The notes beneath the pieces were generated by a model. The model had not been told where the DNA came from, made no database searches, and saw nothing but the letters and a program-made list of their open reading frames with translations. This document shows, piece after piece, positions 32,222-41,590 of a DNA stretch of 64,000 nt. Origin of the DNA: Pseudobdellovibrionaceae bacterium (GTDB lineage Bacteria; Bdellovibrionota; FAC87; UBA2466; JACKAF01); NCBI GenBank assembly GCA_020635235.1, contig JACKAF010000002.1, forward strand, positions 63,614 to 127,613. Direction: 5' to 3'. Positions within the stretch are counted from its first letter, which is position 1. Each line of letters opens with the position of its first letter. The translations under genes were made by a program, and so were the position numbers.

Positions 32222-33001
32222 ATGCGCTACGATCAGATAAGCCCTGTCCCACCGCTCACAAAGGTCACGAAAAACGTGATCATTCTGTGCGTCGTTGTCT
32301 ATTTCTTCGACCTCATCACTGACAGCCTCGGAATCCGTTTCGGCTTTTATCGACTCAATGAGATTTTTGGTCTCGTGCCCGCTTTTGTACTCGAAAAAGG
32401 TTGGGTCTGGCAGTTTGTTACCTACATTTTCATGCATGGGCACATGTTGCACTTGCTGATGAACATGCTCATCCTTTGGTACTTCGGTGCCGAGATTGAA
32501 ATGCGCCTCGGTGAGCTCAACTTCTTCAAGTACTTCTTACTCTGTGGCGTCGGCGCCGGACTCTTCAACTTTGGTGTGAACCTTCTGGTCGCCAAAATGA
32601 CCGGAACACGCGTACTGAGCAACCCGATTGTCGGCGCCAGCGGGGCCATTTTCGGAATTCTTGCTGCCTACGGAATCTTTTACGGCAATCGCTATTTTCT
32701 GGTTTTCTTTCTCTTTCCCATGAAGGCCAAGTACTTTGTGCTGTTGATGGCCGGCATCGAACTCGTGATGGGAATTGAAGCCAACCCGCGAGATAACGTC
32801 GCGCACTTTGCCCACATCGGCGGTATGGCCGTGGGCGCTCTCTACATCTACCTCAAGTACGTCAAGGGCCCCCTATTCGGTCGTGGTCAAAGCAAGAAGG
32901 ACGCAGAACGCGACAAGCTCCGTCGTCAGTTCCGTCTCATCGTCAATCAAGACGACGAAGAGAACAAACAAGACGGTGGTGGCCCCTCCTACTGGAACTA
33001 G
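32222..33001 (+). CDS. Rhomboid family intramembrane serine protease
   Basis: The 'HMLHLLMNM' region and the catalytic 'GASGAIFG' and 'AHIGG' motifs are present in a polytopic protein. Confidence 0.85.
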   Translation: MRYDQISPVPPLTKVTKNVIILCVVVYFFDLITDSLGIRFGFYRLNEIFGLVPAFVLEKGWVWQFVTYIFMHGHMLHLLMNMLILWYFGAEIEMRLGELNFFKYFLLCGVGAGLFNFGVNLLVAKMTGTRVLSNPIVGASGAIFGILAAYGIFYGNRYFLVFFLFPMKAKYFVLLMAGIELVMGIEANPRDNVAHFAHIGGMAVGALYIYLKYVKGPLFGRGQSKKDAERDKLRRQFRLIVNQDDEENKQDGGGPSYWN

Positions 33002-33014
33002 CCAAATCCTAAAT

Positions 33015-35084
33015 TTATTTGGGAGCTTTAGAAAAATCGATATAGAGCTTTTCGTAGGCTTTCTTGGAAAGGCCTTTGGTGAGTCTCTGCAAATCCTCTT
33101 CACTGGTGAAGCAACCGTGGATACGCTGCATGGGTTTGCCGGGAAGGATCATCAAGCTATCCCCGCGACCGATGAGGTCTTCGGCACCTGAGGTGTCTAA
33201 TACAGTGCGAGAGTCCACTGAGGACGGTACTTTGAAGGCGAGACGCGACGGGATGTTCGCTTTGATTAGGCCCGTTACGACGTCGGTAGACGGGCGCTGG
33301 GTGGCGATAACCAAGTGGATCCCTGCAGCGCGAGCTTTTTGCGCCAGTCGCGTGATTGCCTCTTCCACTTCGCCCCCGCTGGTGAGCATCAAATCCGCCA
33401 ATTCGTCTACCACGATAACGATGTAAGGAATCTTATTGGCCGCGCTCTTCATGCTGGCGTTGTAAGAGTCGATGTTTTTGGATCCGTATTCCGCCATGAT
33501 GTTGTAGCGGTTTTCCATTTCCATCACCGCCCAATTCAGCGCATTCACCGCGTGCTGTGGCCGGGTGATGATATTGCTGATCAGGTGAGGTAGCCCTTCG
33601 AAGACGTTCAGCTCCAGCATTTTGGGATCAATGAGAATCATGCGCAGTTGCTGCGGGCTCATTCGGTACAAAAAGCTTGTGATGAGTGAGTTTACGAACA
33701 CCGATTTACCGCTACCGGTAGCACCCGCGACAAGTAGGTGAGGCATAGCGGCGAGATCCCCAATCATGGCCTGGCCGTCAGTAGACTTCCCTAATGCCAC
33801 TGGGATACGAATTTTCTTATCCGCGAACTCTTTGGAAGAGAGGATCTGCTTGAGCGAGATGATCTCGGACTTGGGCCGCGGGACTTCAATCCCTACAACC
33901 GTTTTGCCGGGGATAGGGGCCACGATACGTAGATCGGGTGTCCCCATCACAATGCCGAGGTCTTCCTGGACGTTGGCGATGGCTTTGAGCTTCACGCCCG
34001 CCGATGGCTTAAATTCATAGGTGTTGATGACCGGCCCGACGGACACGGTTTCCACTTCCCCCGTAATATTGAATGACACCAAGTGTTCGCAAATCTTGCG
34101 CGTATTGTCCCGTATTTCGCTGCGAGTGGGCTTTTTCGCGCCACTGTCATAGTTCTGCAATGAACGAAGAGAGGGGAACTTGTAGGTCTCTCGGTACGGT
34201 ATCACTTCCTGGAAATCTGCTTCTGCGCTTTCTTCGGAGCTGTCATCGCTGTCCGAATCCTCTTCATCGTCGAGCTCGTCCAGTTCATCATCCAGTTCTT
34301 CATCTTCGTCGTCATCGGTCTTTTTCTTCGCTGCCTTTTTGGGCTTCTTCTTTTTGGCCGGCTTCGCTTTTGCCTTTGCTTTGGGCGCTGGCGTACGCGC
34401 AATAATTTTTTCTTCTTCTTCGGCCGCGTCGTCCTCTTCCTGCTCGTCCTCTTCCTCGTTGCTCAAGTCAATTTCTTCATAGTCTTCGAAGGTGTTGCCT
34501 ACCAGCGGTCGGAACAGCCGCCGCAAGCTCAAGTCGGTCGTCAACATCAGGGTTACGAGAAAGCCGCCGCCGAGCAAAAGCCCCGCGCCGGTTGAATTAA
34601 AATACCGGTAGAGCCAGGCCCCACCGGTCTTGCCGATGATGCCCCCCATGAGTGGACTCAAGTCTGAGACGGTCTGGTGAAACAGCACGTAACAGGCCAT
34701 CGATCCTAGCGCAGCCGAAAGTCCCCCACCCAACATGAGCAGGAAATTTTTGCGCATTGAAGCCCCGGAGAAACTTAGAAAAGATAGAAATGAAGTGAGA
34801 CCGAGCAAGCCGTAACCCATTACGCCGAGATAGCCGAGCAAGTATTCTGCGAGCCAGGCGCCAACGATGCCACCCAGGTTGTTTATCTGATCCCACTGGT
34901 TGTGTTTGAGGTTGTAGGTATCGATCGGAACATAGGACGTGAGGGCAACGAGCACAAAAAGAGTCACGAGCGTGAAAATGCTGCCTTTGAGCTCGCGTGC
35001 TGTGCGGTCGTCGTGTTTCGGGCGGACGTCTGCCTCGCTGTCCCGCTCGAAAACACTTGAAATGGCCTGCCTCAATTTGCTCAA
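33015..35084 (-). CDS. ftsK: DNA translocase FtsK/SpoIIIE
   Basis: It has N-terminal TM segments and an acidic/basic linker. The motor domain carries Walker A 'GATGSGKS', 'VVDELADLM' and 'RAAGIHLVIATQRPS'. Confidence 0.9.
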   Translation of the reverse strand: MSKLRQAISSVFERDSEADVRPKHDDRTARELKGSIFTLVTLFVLVALTSYVPIDTYNLKHNQWDQINNLGGIVGAWLAEYLLGYLGVMGYGLLGLTSFLSFLSFSGASMRKNFLLMLGGGLSAALGSMACYVLFHQTVSDLSPLMGGIIGKTGGAWLYRYFNSTGAGLLLGGGFLVTLMLTTDLSLRRLFRPLVGNTFEDYEEIDLSNEEEDEQEEDDAAEEEEKIIARTPAPKAKAKAKPAKKKKPKKAAKKKTDDDEDEELDDELDELDDEEDSDSDDSSEESAEADFQEVIPYRETYKFPSLRSLQNYDSGAKKPTRSEIRDNTRKICEHLVSFNITGEVETVSVGPVINTYEFKPSAGVKLKAIANVQEDLGIVMGTPDLRIVAPIPGKTVVGIEVPRPKSEIISLKQILSSKEFADKKIRIPVALGKSTDGQAMIGDLAAMPHLLVAGATGSGKSVFVNSLITSFLYRMSPQQLRMILIDPKMLELNVFEGLPHLISNIITRPQHAVNALNWAVMEMENRYNIMAEYGSKNIDSYNASMKSAANKIPYIVIVVDELADLMLTSGGEVEEAITRLAQKARAAGIHLVIATQRPSTDVVTGLIKANIPSRLAFKVPSSVDSRTVLDTSGAEDLIGRGDSLMILPGKPMQRIHGCFTSEEDLQRLTKGLSKKAYEKLYIDFSKAPK

Positions 35085-35354
35085 GTCCCAATACTCCTAA
35101 ATGCCTGTGGGCACACCTACCCACGGATCCGACTCAGTCGGATCTCACTTTTTGCAAGTAGAGTGCCGGGCGTAGACAGCCAGTTTCATGCTCAAGATAG
35201 GAAAGTCGAGGCGGAACTGTGCCCAAATTCGGCGGTTTCAGCGCAAGTCCGGCCCTGGATTGTCACCAAGAACAGTGCATAGACATGCCTGCAGGCAGAA
35301 GGGCGACTGGCGCGAAGCTTGCTTGAAGAGCGCGGAGCGAACGGAGGAGGCAAG

Positions 35355-35720
35355 GTGTCGCGCTGGTATTTTTTGATAATTTGGGTGGTGGCTTTTTTGG
35401 TGAGCGTAGCGCAGGCCGAAAACGGGATGACCGTTTTGGATCCAGACTACTTTGATCGCCTCGAGGGTTCTGAAAATCTCGGGAATGCGGGTGACGATGA
35501 ATACGCATGCCAGCGCTTTACCGGTTCCTCTCACACGGTGATGACTTCTACCGCGTTCAGAAAAATCAAAAAGTCTTGTGGCGGGGATCTAGTTGTTCAA
35601 CACATCCAACCTCGAAAACGCTTTGTGCCCATGAATGAGTGGAAACAGCATGAAACGGGGTACCTGCTCGTTTGCTGCCGTGGAAAAGCCCGTTCCCGGC
35701 GCAGTTTTTCCCGCGACTAG
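35355..35720 (+). CDS. Small secreted hypothetical protein
   Basis: A GGAGGA RBS precedes GTG 35355. The signal-like sequence is 'VSRWYFLIIWVVAFLVSVAQA'. I recognised no family. Confidence 0.35.
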   Translation: MSRWYFLIIWVVAFLVSVAQAENGMTVLDPDYFDRLEGSENLGNAGDDEYACQRFTGSSHTVMTSTAFRKIKKSCGGDLVVQHIQPRKRFVPMNEWKQHETGYLLVCCRGKARSRRSFSRD

Positions 35721-35753
35721 CCAGTTTTTTTTTGCTACGCTTTTTATGATTCT

Positions 35754-36791
35754 ATGACAGATGAAACGCGCAGCCTTGACCTGACGGTCAGTATTGTCAC
35801 CTCAGGGCGGCTGCCGCTACTAAAACGTTGCCTCCGTTCTGTGGCAGACTCTTTGCCGCTCCGAGCAGAGATTTTGCTCGTCGTAAATGGGGCAGATAGA
35901 CAAACTATCGAGTGGCTAAGCAACAACCCCGTTCCAGGCTTGTATTGGGAGCAGCGTGGAAGAGGCTCGCTCGCTTCACACCGAAATTTTGCTCTCTCTA
36001 TCGCACGTGGCAGGATTTTTTACTGCTTGGATGATGACGTTGAAGTTCCCGAGTTTCTTTTTGCAGAAGTACTTCGTTTCTTTGACGAGCACCCTGACGT
36101 GGGCGTGCTCGGTGGTCCAAACAAAACGCCTGTACTGAGTTCTCGCAATCAAAAGCTATTTGGAGCGGTAATGACGAGCTGGTTTGCCGCTCCATGGGTT
36201 CGAAGACGATACGGTGCGGGGGGTGGGGAGTCTCTTGCAGATTTCGATTTGATGTTTTGCAACTTGGCATTCCGGGCGGCAGCCCTTCCCCCTCGCTTGC
36301 GATTTGTGGAAACGCTTAGGAGCAATGAAGAAAACACGTTTGTTAGTTGCTGCACCGCCTCCGGCATAAAGCATCGATTCATCGATGCTTTCTACGTGTA
36401 TCATGAGCGTCGAGCGTATCTGAGTGGGTTTTTAAAACAGATTGCTTCCTATGGGCACGGCCGCAGCCAACAAATTCGACTAGGTTGGACATGGTCTCAG
36501 GCGGGGTTTTTGGTGCCGCCCGCGGTATTCGCGCTTGCAGCAAATTTGCTCGCTACGGGCTCTCTTCAGGCCCTCGCTACGCTAACGGCGATTCATCAAC
36601 TCCTCGCGTTTTGTTCGGTTGTGGTAGGTCGGGACGAGATACGAGCCCTCCCAGTTACGCAACGTATCAGTCTCGTCCCGCTCATCGGGTTGGTACATCT
36701 CGCGTATGGATTTGGTTTTTGGCGAGGTATTTTGCTTGGCTCCCCCCGTGTTTGGCCGGGCTTAAAAGCATTTCCCAATCCTGCCAGATAG
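35754..36791 (+). CDS. Glycosyltransferase family 2 with a C-terminal membrane region
   Basis: 'VSIVTSGRLPLLKRCLRSV' and 'CLDDDVEVP' (DxD motif) are present. The C-terminus is hydrophobic. Confidence 0.7.
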   Translation: MTDETRSLDLTVSIVTSGRLPLLKRCLRSVADSLPLRAEILLVVNGADRQTIEWLSNNPVPGLYWEQRGRGSLASHRNFALSIARGRIFYCLDDDVEVPEFLFAEVLRFFDEHPDVGVLGGPNKTPVLSSRNQKLFGAVMTSWFAAPWVRRRYGAGGGESLADFDLMFCNLAFRAAALPPRLRFVETLRSNEENTFVSCCTASGIKHRFIDAFYVYHERRAYLSGFLKQIASYGHGRSQQIRLGWTWSQAGFLVPPAVFALAANLLATGSLQALATLTAIHQLLAFCSVVVGRDEIRALPVTQRISLVPLIGLVHLAYGFGFWRGILLGSPRVWPGLKAFPNPAR

Positions 36792-37854
36792 CTTTTGCGT
36801 ACAACGCTGGGTCCATTCCGTAAATCGGCGGGTCGGGAAGCGGGTGTTGGCCCAATTGGTGAAGTTGCCCCACGAGCTCTTGCAAGTGGGAGAATACCTG
36901 AACCCAATTTCCATCGGGAACAAGACGAAGAGGAAAAGGACCCGGTTGGTAGTGCGCAACGAGCAAGGGGCGTTGTAGAGCCAGGCTTTCGAAAAAACCG
37001 GTACTACTTTGCCCCAACACGGCGGTACATTCCGCGGCAAGCTTGCGCAGGGATTGGTTCGGGGGCGCGATGTTGACGAAGGATTCTCTGCAGGCGAGCT
37101 CGCAGACTTTTCGGCTGGATTCTGGATCGCGCGGATGAAGCTTTAGGGTCACTTCAAATCCGGTCTTGGCGGCTGCGTTAAGCACATCTTTTACGATCCG
37201 CGCTTCAAATTGAATCCCCTGAAGCAGGTAAATTAGCTGCTTCTTTTTTGGGGGCAAATACGCAGGTTGCGTATCGCATGGAATTCCCAAGTGTTGCACT
37301 CTTGTGCCCGGGGGTACAGTTCGATCAAGCGCACGCCTGAGACTTTCGGCAAATACAACGTAATGATGGGCCGCCGGCCTTAGACTCACCGGGTAGCTCG
37401 CGAAAAGTTGGTAGTAGAGCGGGAAGAGGACGCCTCGGCGGATTTTCGGAAAATTCGCCAGTACTAGACTTGCGAGAAGGCCGCGCGCGTAATCTGTCTC
37501 CTCTGGTAGGATGACGAGATCGGGGTTGAAACTTCTCAAGAACGAGGCAAGTTTTTTTTCGAGTTTCTCTAGTCGTGCAACGAGATTGTACTCTCGGTAC
37601 CGCTCAAACCAATCGTCAAGCCACTGAAAGAAGAATGGGTCCGAAGAAGCGCCTTCGCGCCCTACGGCTCTAGGGAGCATTGTTGGTTCTTCCGTTAGGT
37701 GCACTACGGCTAGCCCCTCCGGAACCCAACGCTCTGCTTTCCTTTGTAGTGCTTCGAAGTCAAAGCCAGGAACAAGAACGCTCTCCCACTGGGAGTGATC
37801 GCAGTGCGCGACCAATGGTCTTAGGACCGAGTAGTTGGGTTCAGTAAAAAACAA
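36682..37854 (-). CDS. Hypothetical protein, possibly GT-B/capsule-biosynthesis-like
   Basis: 390-aa ORF in the glycan cluster. 'VTLKLHPRD' and a Rossmann-like C-terminal half give only a weak resemblance. Confidence 0.35.
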   Translation of the reverse strand: MFFTEPNYSVLRPLVAHCDHSQWESVLVPGFDFEALQRKAERWVPEGLAVVHLTEEPTMLPRAVGREGASSDPFFFQWLDDWFERYREYNLVARLEKLEKKLASFLRSFNPDLVILPEETDYARGLLASLVLANFPKIRRGVLFPLYYQLFASYPVSLRPAAHHYVVFAESLRRALDRTVPPGTRVQHLGIPCDTQPAYLPPKKKQLIYLLQGIQFEARIVKDVLNAAAKTGFEVTLKLHPRDPESSRKVCELACRESFVNIAPPNQSLRKLAAECTAVLGQSSTGFFESLALQRPLLVAHYQPGPFPLRLVPDGNWVQVFSHLQELVGQLHQLGQHPLPDPPIYGMDPALYAKAIWQDWEMLLSPAKHGGSQAKYLAKNQIHTRDVPTR

Positions 37855-37870
37855 GAACGCGACTTTTTTT

Positions 37871-38329
37871 CTAGAAATACCTCACCTCCAATGGAATTCG
37901 GAGTTGAGACACCACCCATTCGACAGTACCTGGCGGGGGCTCGAACTCGTCAGAAGTTCCCGTTACGTACCAGATTTGTTTGATGGTATTTAGTGGCCCC
38001 AAACTGTCTAGCAGTAAGGATAGTTGCTTTGACTCATGAATGAGAAGGTTTTCCCAGCATTCTAATACGATTTGGCTGCTCCCCAGGTTTCTAGACTTTA
38101 CATAAGTGCGTACTTGATCGCCGCGGCCTGCCCAAAGATCCGCCCATGTAAATTTCCCACTTGCATGCGGTATCGAGTGCAGCTGGAGCAGAGTGCGCGC
38201 ATGCTCATGGAGTGGAATGAGCGTCGCCTTCCGATCGAGCCACTTCTCAAACGCGTCCCAATCTACGACTCTATCGAAAAAGACTGCGGATTCCATCGCG
38301 GTTCTCGTGCGTATATTATAATTCATCAT
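37871..38329 (-). CDS. Hypothetical protein
   Basis: 152-aa ORF, co-directional with and 16 nt from the 36682-37854 gene. I recognised no family. Confidence 0.35.
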   Translation of the reverse strand: MMNYNIRTRTAMESAVFFDRVVDWDAFEKWLDRKATLIPLHEHARTLLQLHSIPHASGKFTWADLWAGRGDQVRTYVKSRNLGSSQIVLECWENLLIHESKQLSLLLDSLGPLNTIKQIWYVTGTSDEFEPPPGTVEWVVSQLRIPLEVRYF

Positions 38330-38337
38330 GGAAGAGC

Positions 38338-39087
38338 ATGGGGGGCCGGATAAAAGAGTTAATCATCAATTGTGACGATGTTGGAATGCACTGGTCCATC
38401 AATGCCGCAGCGCTCCAGTTGCTCGAGAAGCACCGATCCGTCCGCGTCTCCCTGATGGCGACCGGGAATTATTTTCAAGATGCGGTAGAGCGATTGAGAG
38501 CAAATGGATTTGGCAGCTGCGGGGTACACCTTACAATGAACTCCGAATTTCAAAAACTTCCCACTTCGCCGTTGACGCGGGCTTCTTCGCTTTGTGATTC
38601 GAATGGACACTTTCACGGACGGATCCAGGAAACACGGCAAACTGCTGTTAAGGCGGACATTCTGACTGAATGCGTGGCGCAGATTGAAGCCGTCTTGGAT
38701 CGCGGTCTCCGTGTCACCCACCTAGATTCCCATATGTTTTTTTCAGATTCCTCTGTTTGGGGAGATACTTCTCTATGCGAGGAGATCGGGCACCTAGCGT
38801 CTCAAATGGGCATTCCATTTAGGATTCTGGGCAGTGACAACATCGTTTTTATTTGGGAAGAGCATCGGGATTTTGATTCTAGAGTTGCATTTTATGACTC
38901 CTGTTTTTCGGATTTAAATCCCGGGAGTAACGAGCTCATCCTACATCCGGCGCTCGATGAAGCGAGTATTGCCAGCTTTACCCAATCTGGCCCCAGGCGA
39001 GCTGCTGATTACGAATATTTTTCCGGAGCTCGCTGGCTGCAACTCTGCTCACAAAACAATGTTCTTTTAACTACGAGAGGCTTTTAG
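38338..39087 (+). CDS. ChbG/YdjC/HpnK family carbohydrate deacetylase
   Basis: 'IINCDDVGM', 'GVHLTMN' and 'THLDSHM' are present. Confidence 0.75.
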   Translation: MGGRIKELIINCDDVGMHWSINAAALQLLEKHRSVRVSLMATGNYFQDAVERLRANGFGSCGVHLTMNSEFQKLPTSPLTRASSLCDSNGHFHGRIQETRQTAVKADILTECVAQIEAVLDRGLRVTHLDSHMFFSDSSVWGDTSLCEEIGHLASQMGIPFRILGSDNIVFIWEEHRDFDSRVAFYDSCFSDLNPGSNELILHPALDEASIASFTQSGPRRAADYEYFSGARWLQLCSQNNVLLTTRGF

Positions 39088-39091
39088 ATCC

Positions 39092-40537
39092 ATGTCTTTG
39101 ACACTCCAGGATCAGATAAGAACGGCGTTTAGATTCCACCTAATGTTGCGGCCGCTCCGAGTGGCGCTTTACTTGGTTGTGCCCTTTTTAATTGGGAAGT
39201 TTCTTGTACCAGAAGAGTATGGTGTTTTTACGGCAACATTTGCGGTGGTGACACTCGTTGAAGGCCTGTGTCTTCCCGGAGTAGGGCCACTACTCATCCG
39301 GTCTGCATCGTTGGAAGCGGCAAGCTCCTTATTTTGGCTTGCGCTGATCGTGCGCATGTTTATTTGCCTGGGATTCTACGGGATGGCTCCGCACCTCTCG
39401 GCACTATTGGGGCTTAAGGATGGCGCCATCTATTTCCAGGTTCTAAGTGTATGGTTTGTCCTGGAAGGGCTAAGAGTAATTCCGGACGCTATCCTCGTTC
39501 GCAAGTTGGCCTATCGAACTCGGTTCCAGATCTACGCACTGGCGGACTTGGTGGGGATTGCGGCGCTTGCAATCTTGCTTTACGGCGGTTTCGGAGCGTG
39601 GGCGCTCGTAGGGCGCTTGCTATTTGTGTCTACAACGATATTGCTGTTGAGTGCCACTGCAGGAAATTGGCGTCCGCGTTTTGAAGTCCGCTCTGAGGTA
39701 ATGCGCGAGTTTTTCTCGCTTAACCGGGATTTGACAATCGTAAGACTCACAAACCAATATCTTTCCTCTATCGATAGTTTGTTGATTGTGTCGTTGTGCG
39801 GGGGGGCAGAGGCGGGTCTTTTCGGTATGGCGGTGAAGTTTGTATTTTTGCCGCTCCATCACATGCTCTGGCCGGCGGGAGAATTATTGCTTCCGATTGG
39901 GAAGGCAACGGCCAAGGGGGATGTGGCAGCGCTCTATTTTCGCTATACCCAAGTTTCCGTATTTGTTTGTTTGCCGCTTCTAATTTCCTTAACCTTCCTC
40001 GCGGATCATCTGGGAGCGTTGCTCGGGTCCAGTTGGGCGGCGCTCCCGCCGTTGATTGCACCTATGTCCGCGGTGGCTGTTGCATTCTGTTTCGCACCTC
40101 CAGCGTCGCTTTACGTGTTGACTCATTCGAGTGACTTGGATTCCAGACTTTCAATTTTTGAGGTTTTCCTGGTCTCCGCTGGCATTATCCTGGGGGCCCA
40201 CTGGGGGGTGTGGGGTGCGGTTTCCGGAATGGCGGCTTCTGTGGCGTGTGCCTTGGCTGTGCGCTTGCCCCTGACGCTTAAGAGAATAGGAATTCCATTT
40301 GGTCGTTTTTATAAGGAGCTTAAGTGGGTTGGCGCCGCTAACATCCTGCTAGCTCTTGCGCTATTTGGACTTCGAGCGTCGGCCGGCGGCGTCTCAAGTA
40401 CCTGGGTGTTGGACTTAGGTTGCCTCGGGCTATGTTTAAGTTTTTATATGCTCTATTTTCATAAAAGTGAACCATTTTGTATATTGAAGGACGTCCTCGC
40501 TATTCGCTTGGCCCGCCACCAGAAGGTACCGCAGTAG
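39092..40537 (+). CDS. Polysaccharide biosynthesis protein / oligosaccharide flippase (MOP/Wzx-like)
   Basis: It has about 12-14 TM segments. Its N-terminal organisation is typical of Wzx-type flippases. Confidence 0.7.
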   Translation: MSLTLQDQIRTAFRFHLMLRPLRVALYLVVPFLIGKFLVPEEYGVFTATFAVVTLVEGLCLPGVGPLLIRSASLEAASSLFWLALIVRMFICLGFYGMAPHLSALLGLKDGAIYFQVLSVWFVLEGLRVIPDAILVRKLAYRTRFQIYALADLVGIAALAILLYGGFGAWALVGRLLFVSTTILLLSATAGNWRPRFEVRSEVMREFFSLNRDLTIVRLTNQYLSSIDSLLIVSLCGGAEAGLFGMAVKFVFLPLHHMLWPAGELLLPIGKATAKGDVAALYFRYTQVSVFVCLPLLISLTFLADHLGALLGSSWAALPPLIAPMSAVAVAFCFAPPASLYVLTHSSDLDSRLSIFEVFLVSAGIILGAHWGVWGAVSGMAASVACALAVRLPLTLKRIGIPFGRFYKELKWVGAANILLALALFGLRASAGGVSSTWVLDLGCLGLCLSFYMLYFHKSEPFCILKDVLAIRLARHQKVPQ

Positions 40538-41523
40538 TCTAGAAGGCCGTGCCAAGACCGGCGGTAGCTGCGGTTCTTGAACGTAAAACAGTGTTCAATT
40601 TTCGGCTTATATCTATGTTTATAGCTTTCGGAACCTCTTAGAAAATCCAAATGAACCAGCCGGCTTTTTTTTGCCTCTGATAGAATGTACGCGAGCAAAA
40701 GTTTCCCAGGGCTTTTCTTCCAATAGTTGGTGTCGTAGGCGGCAAGGTACATTCCCTTAGTCCCGTTCCGCTCCGTCCCCAAACAACCCGCCAAGAGATT
40801 GTCACCCAAAACGAGTGCATCCAGTGTGAGTCGCGATCGGGGGGCAAAGGTGGAAATCAGTTGAGAGCAGAAATCGCGATAAATTGGTTTTGTGAATGAA
40901 CTAGGTGTTCGTGTGCTGCTCCACCTTCGTTCGTGTAATTGAGCAAACTGGGGGAGCCACTTTTCGATGTCTGAGCGAGTCTGAAGTTTCAGGTAAGTAA
41001 AATCTCCCTGTTTGCGATACCAGTTAATGAGGTTCTTGTAACGATGGGTTTGGATTCTGTGCCCGAGCGCGTTAATCTCCTTTGAGGTGAAGTGTAAGCG
41101 TGTTGCCGAAGTATAGGTGCCGGGTTTCGGGCAGAGTCGTCCGAGTGTGGTAGTACGACCAATGCTCGGAACTATTACGGGTTCACCGCTTTCTTCTAGC
41201 ATTTGCCAGAATGTTGACACCGCAGCCGTATCGTCGTTAGAAAAAATGATCAAGGGGTGATCGGCATCTCTGTCGGCGCATAGGCGCCAACTGTAGTCTC
41301 GGTAATAGAAAGGAGCCGCCAGTCTGAGTTTCACAGTGTCACGGATCATCAATAGCTTAATTGGGCTATTGCCCGCGAAAAACCGAGCCCAGATGTTGAA
41401 GAATTCACGTTCAAAATAGAACATGTTGGGACGCATTTCGCTTGCGAGCGCATTCCATTCTTCTTTTAGATCTGCAGCCTCCTCTGCAGTAATCCAGAAA
41501 CCTCGTAGCGATCGATCCTCCAT
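40459..41523 (-). CDS. GNAT-fold acetyltransferase of the CelD/BcsL (BioF2-like) type
   Basis: The C-terminal 'LDFLRGSESYKHRYKP' matches the family's characteristic 'DF.RG.E.YK.R' pattern. Confidence 0.65.
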   Translation of the reverse strand: MEDRSLRGFWITAEEAADLKEEWNALASEMRPNMFYFEREFFNIWARFFAGNSPIKLLMIRDTVKLRLAAPFYYRDYSWRLCADRDADHPLIIFSNDDTAAVSTFWQMLEESGEPVIVPSIGRTTTLGRLCPKPGTYTSATRLHFTSKEINALGHRIQTHRYKNLINWYRKQGDFTYLKLQTRSDIEKWLPQFAQLHERRWSSTRTPSSFTKPIYRDFCSQLISTFAPRSRLTLDALVLGDNLLAGCLGTERNGTKGMYLAAYDTNYWKKSPGKLLLAYILSEAKKSRLVHLDFLRGSESYKHRYKPKIEHCFTFKNRSYRRSWHGLLDYCGTFWWRAKRIARTSFNIQNGSLL

Positions 41524-41590
41524 TTAGCGATGTTAACAGTAAAAGTGAAAAAGCATAAGGATTCGGTTAGAATTCATTACGATCTTTCCG

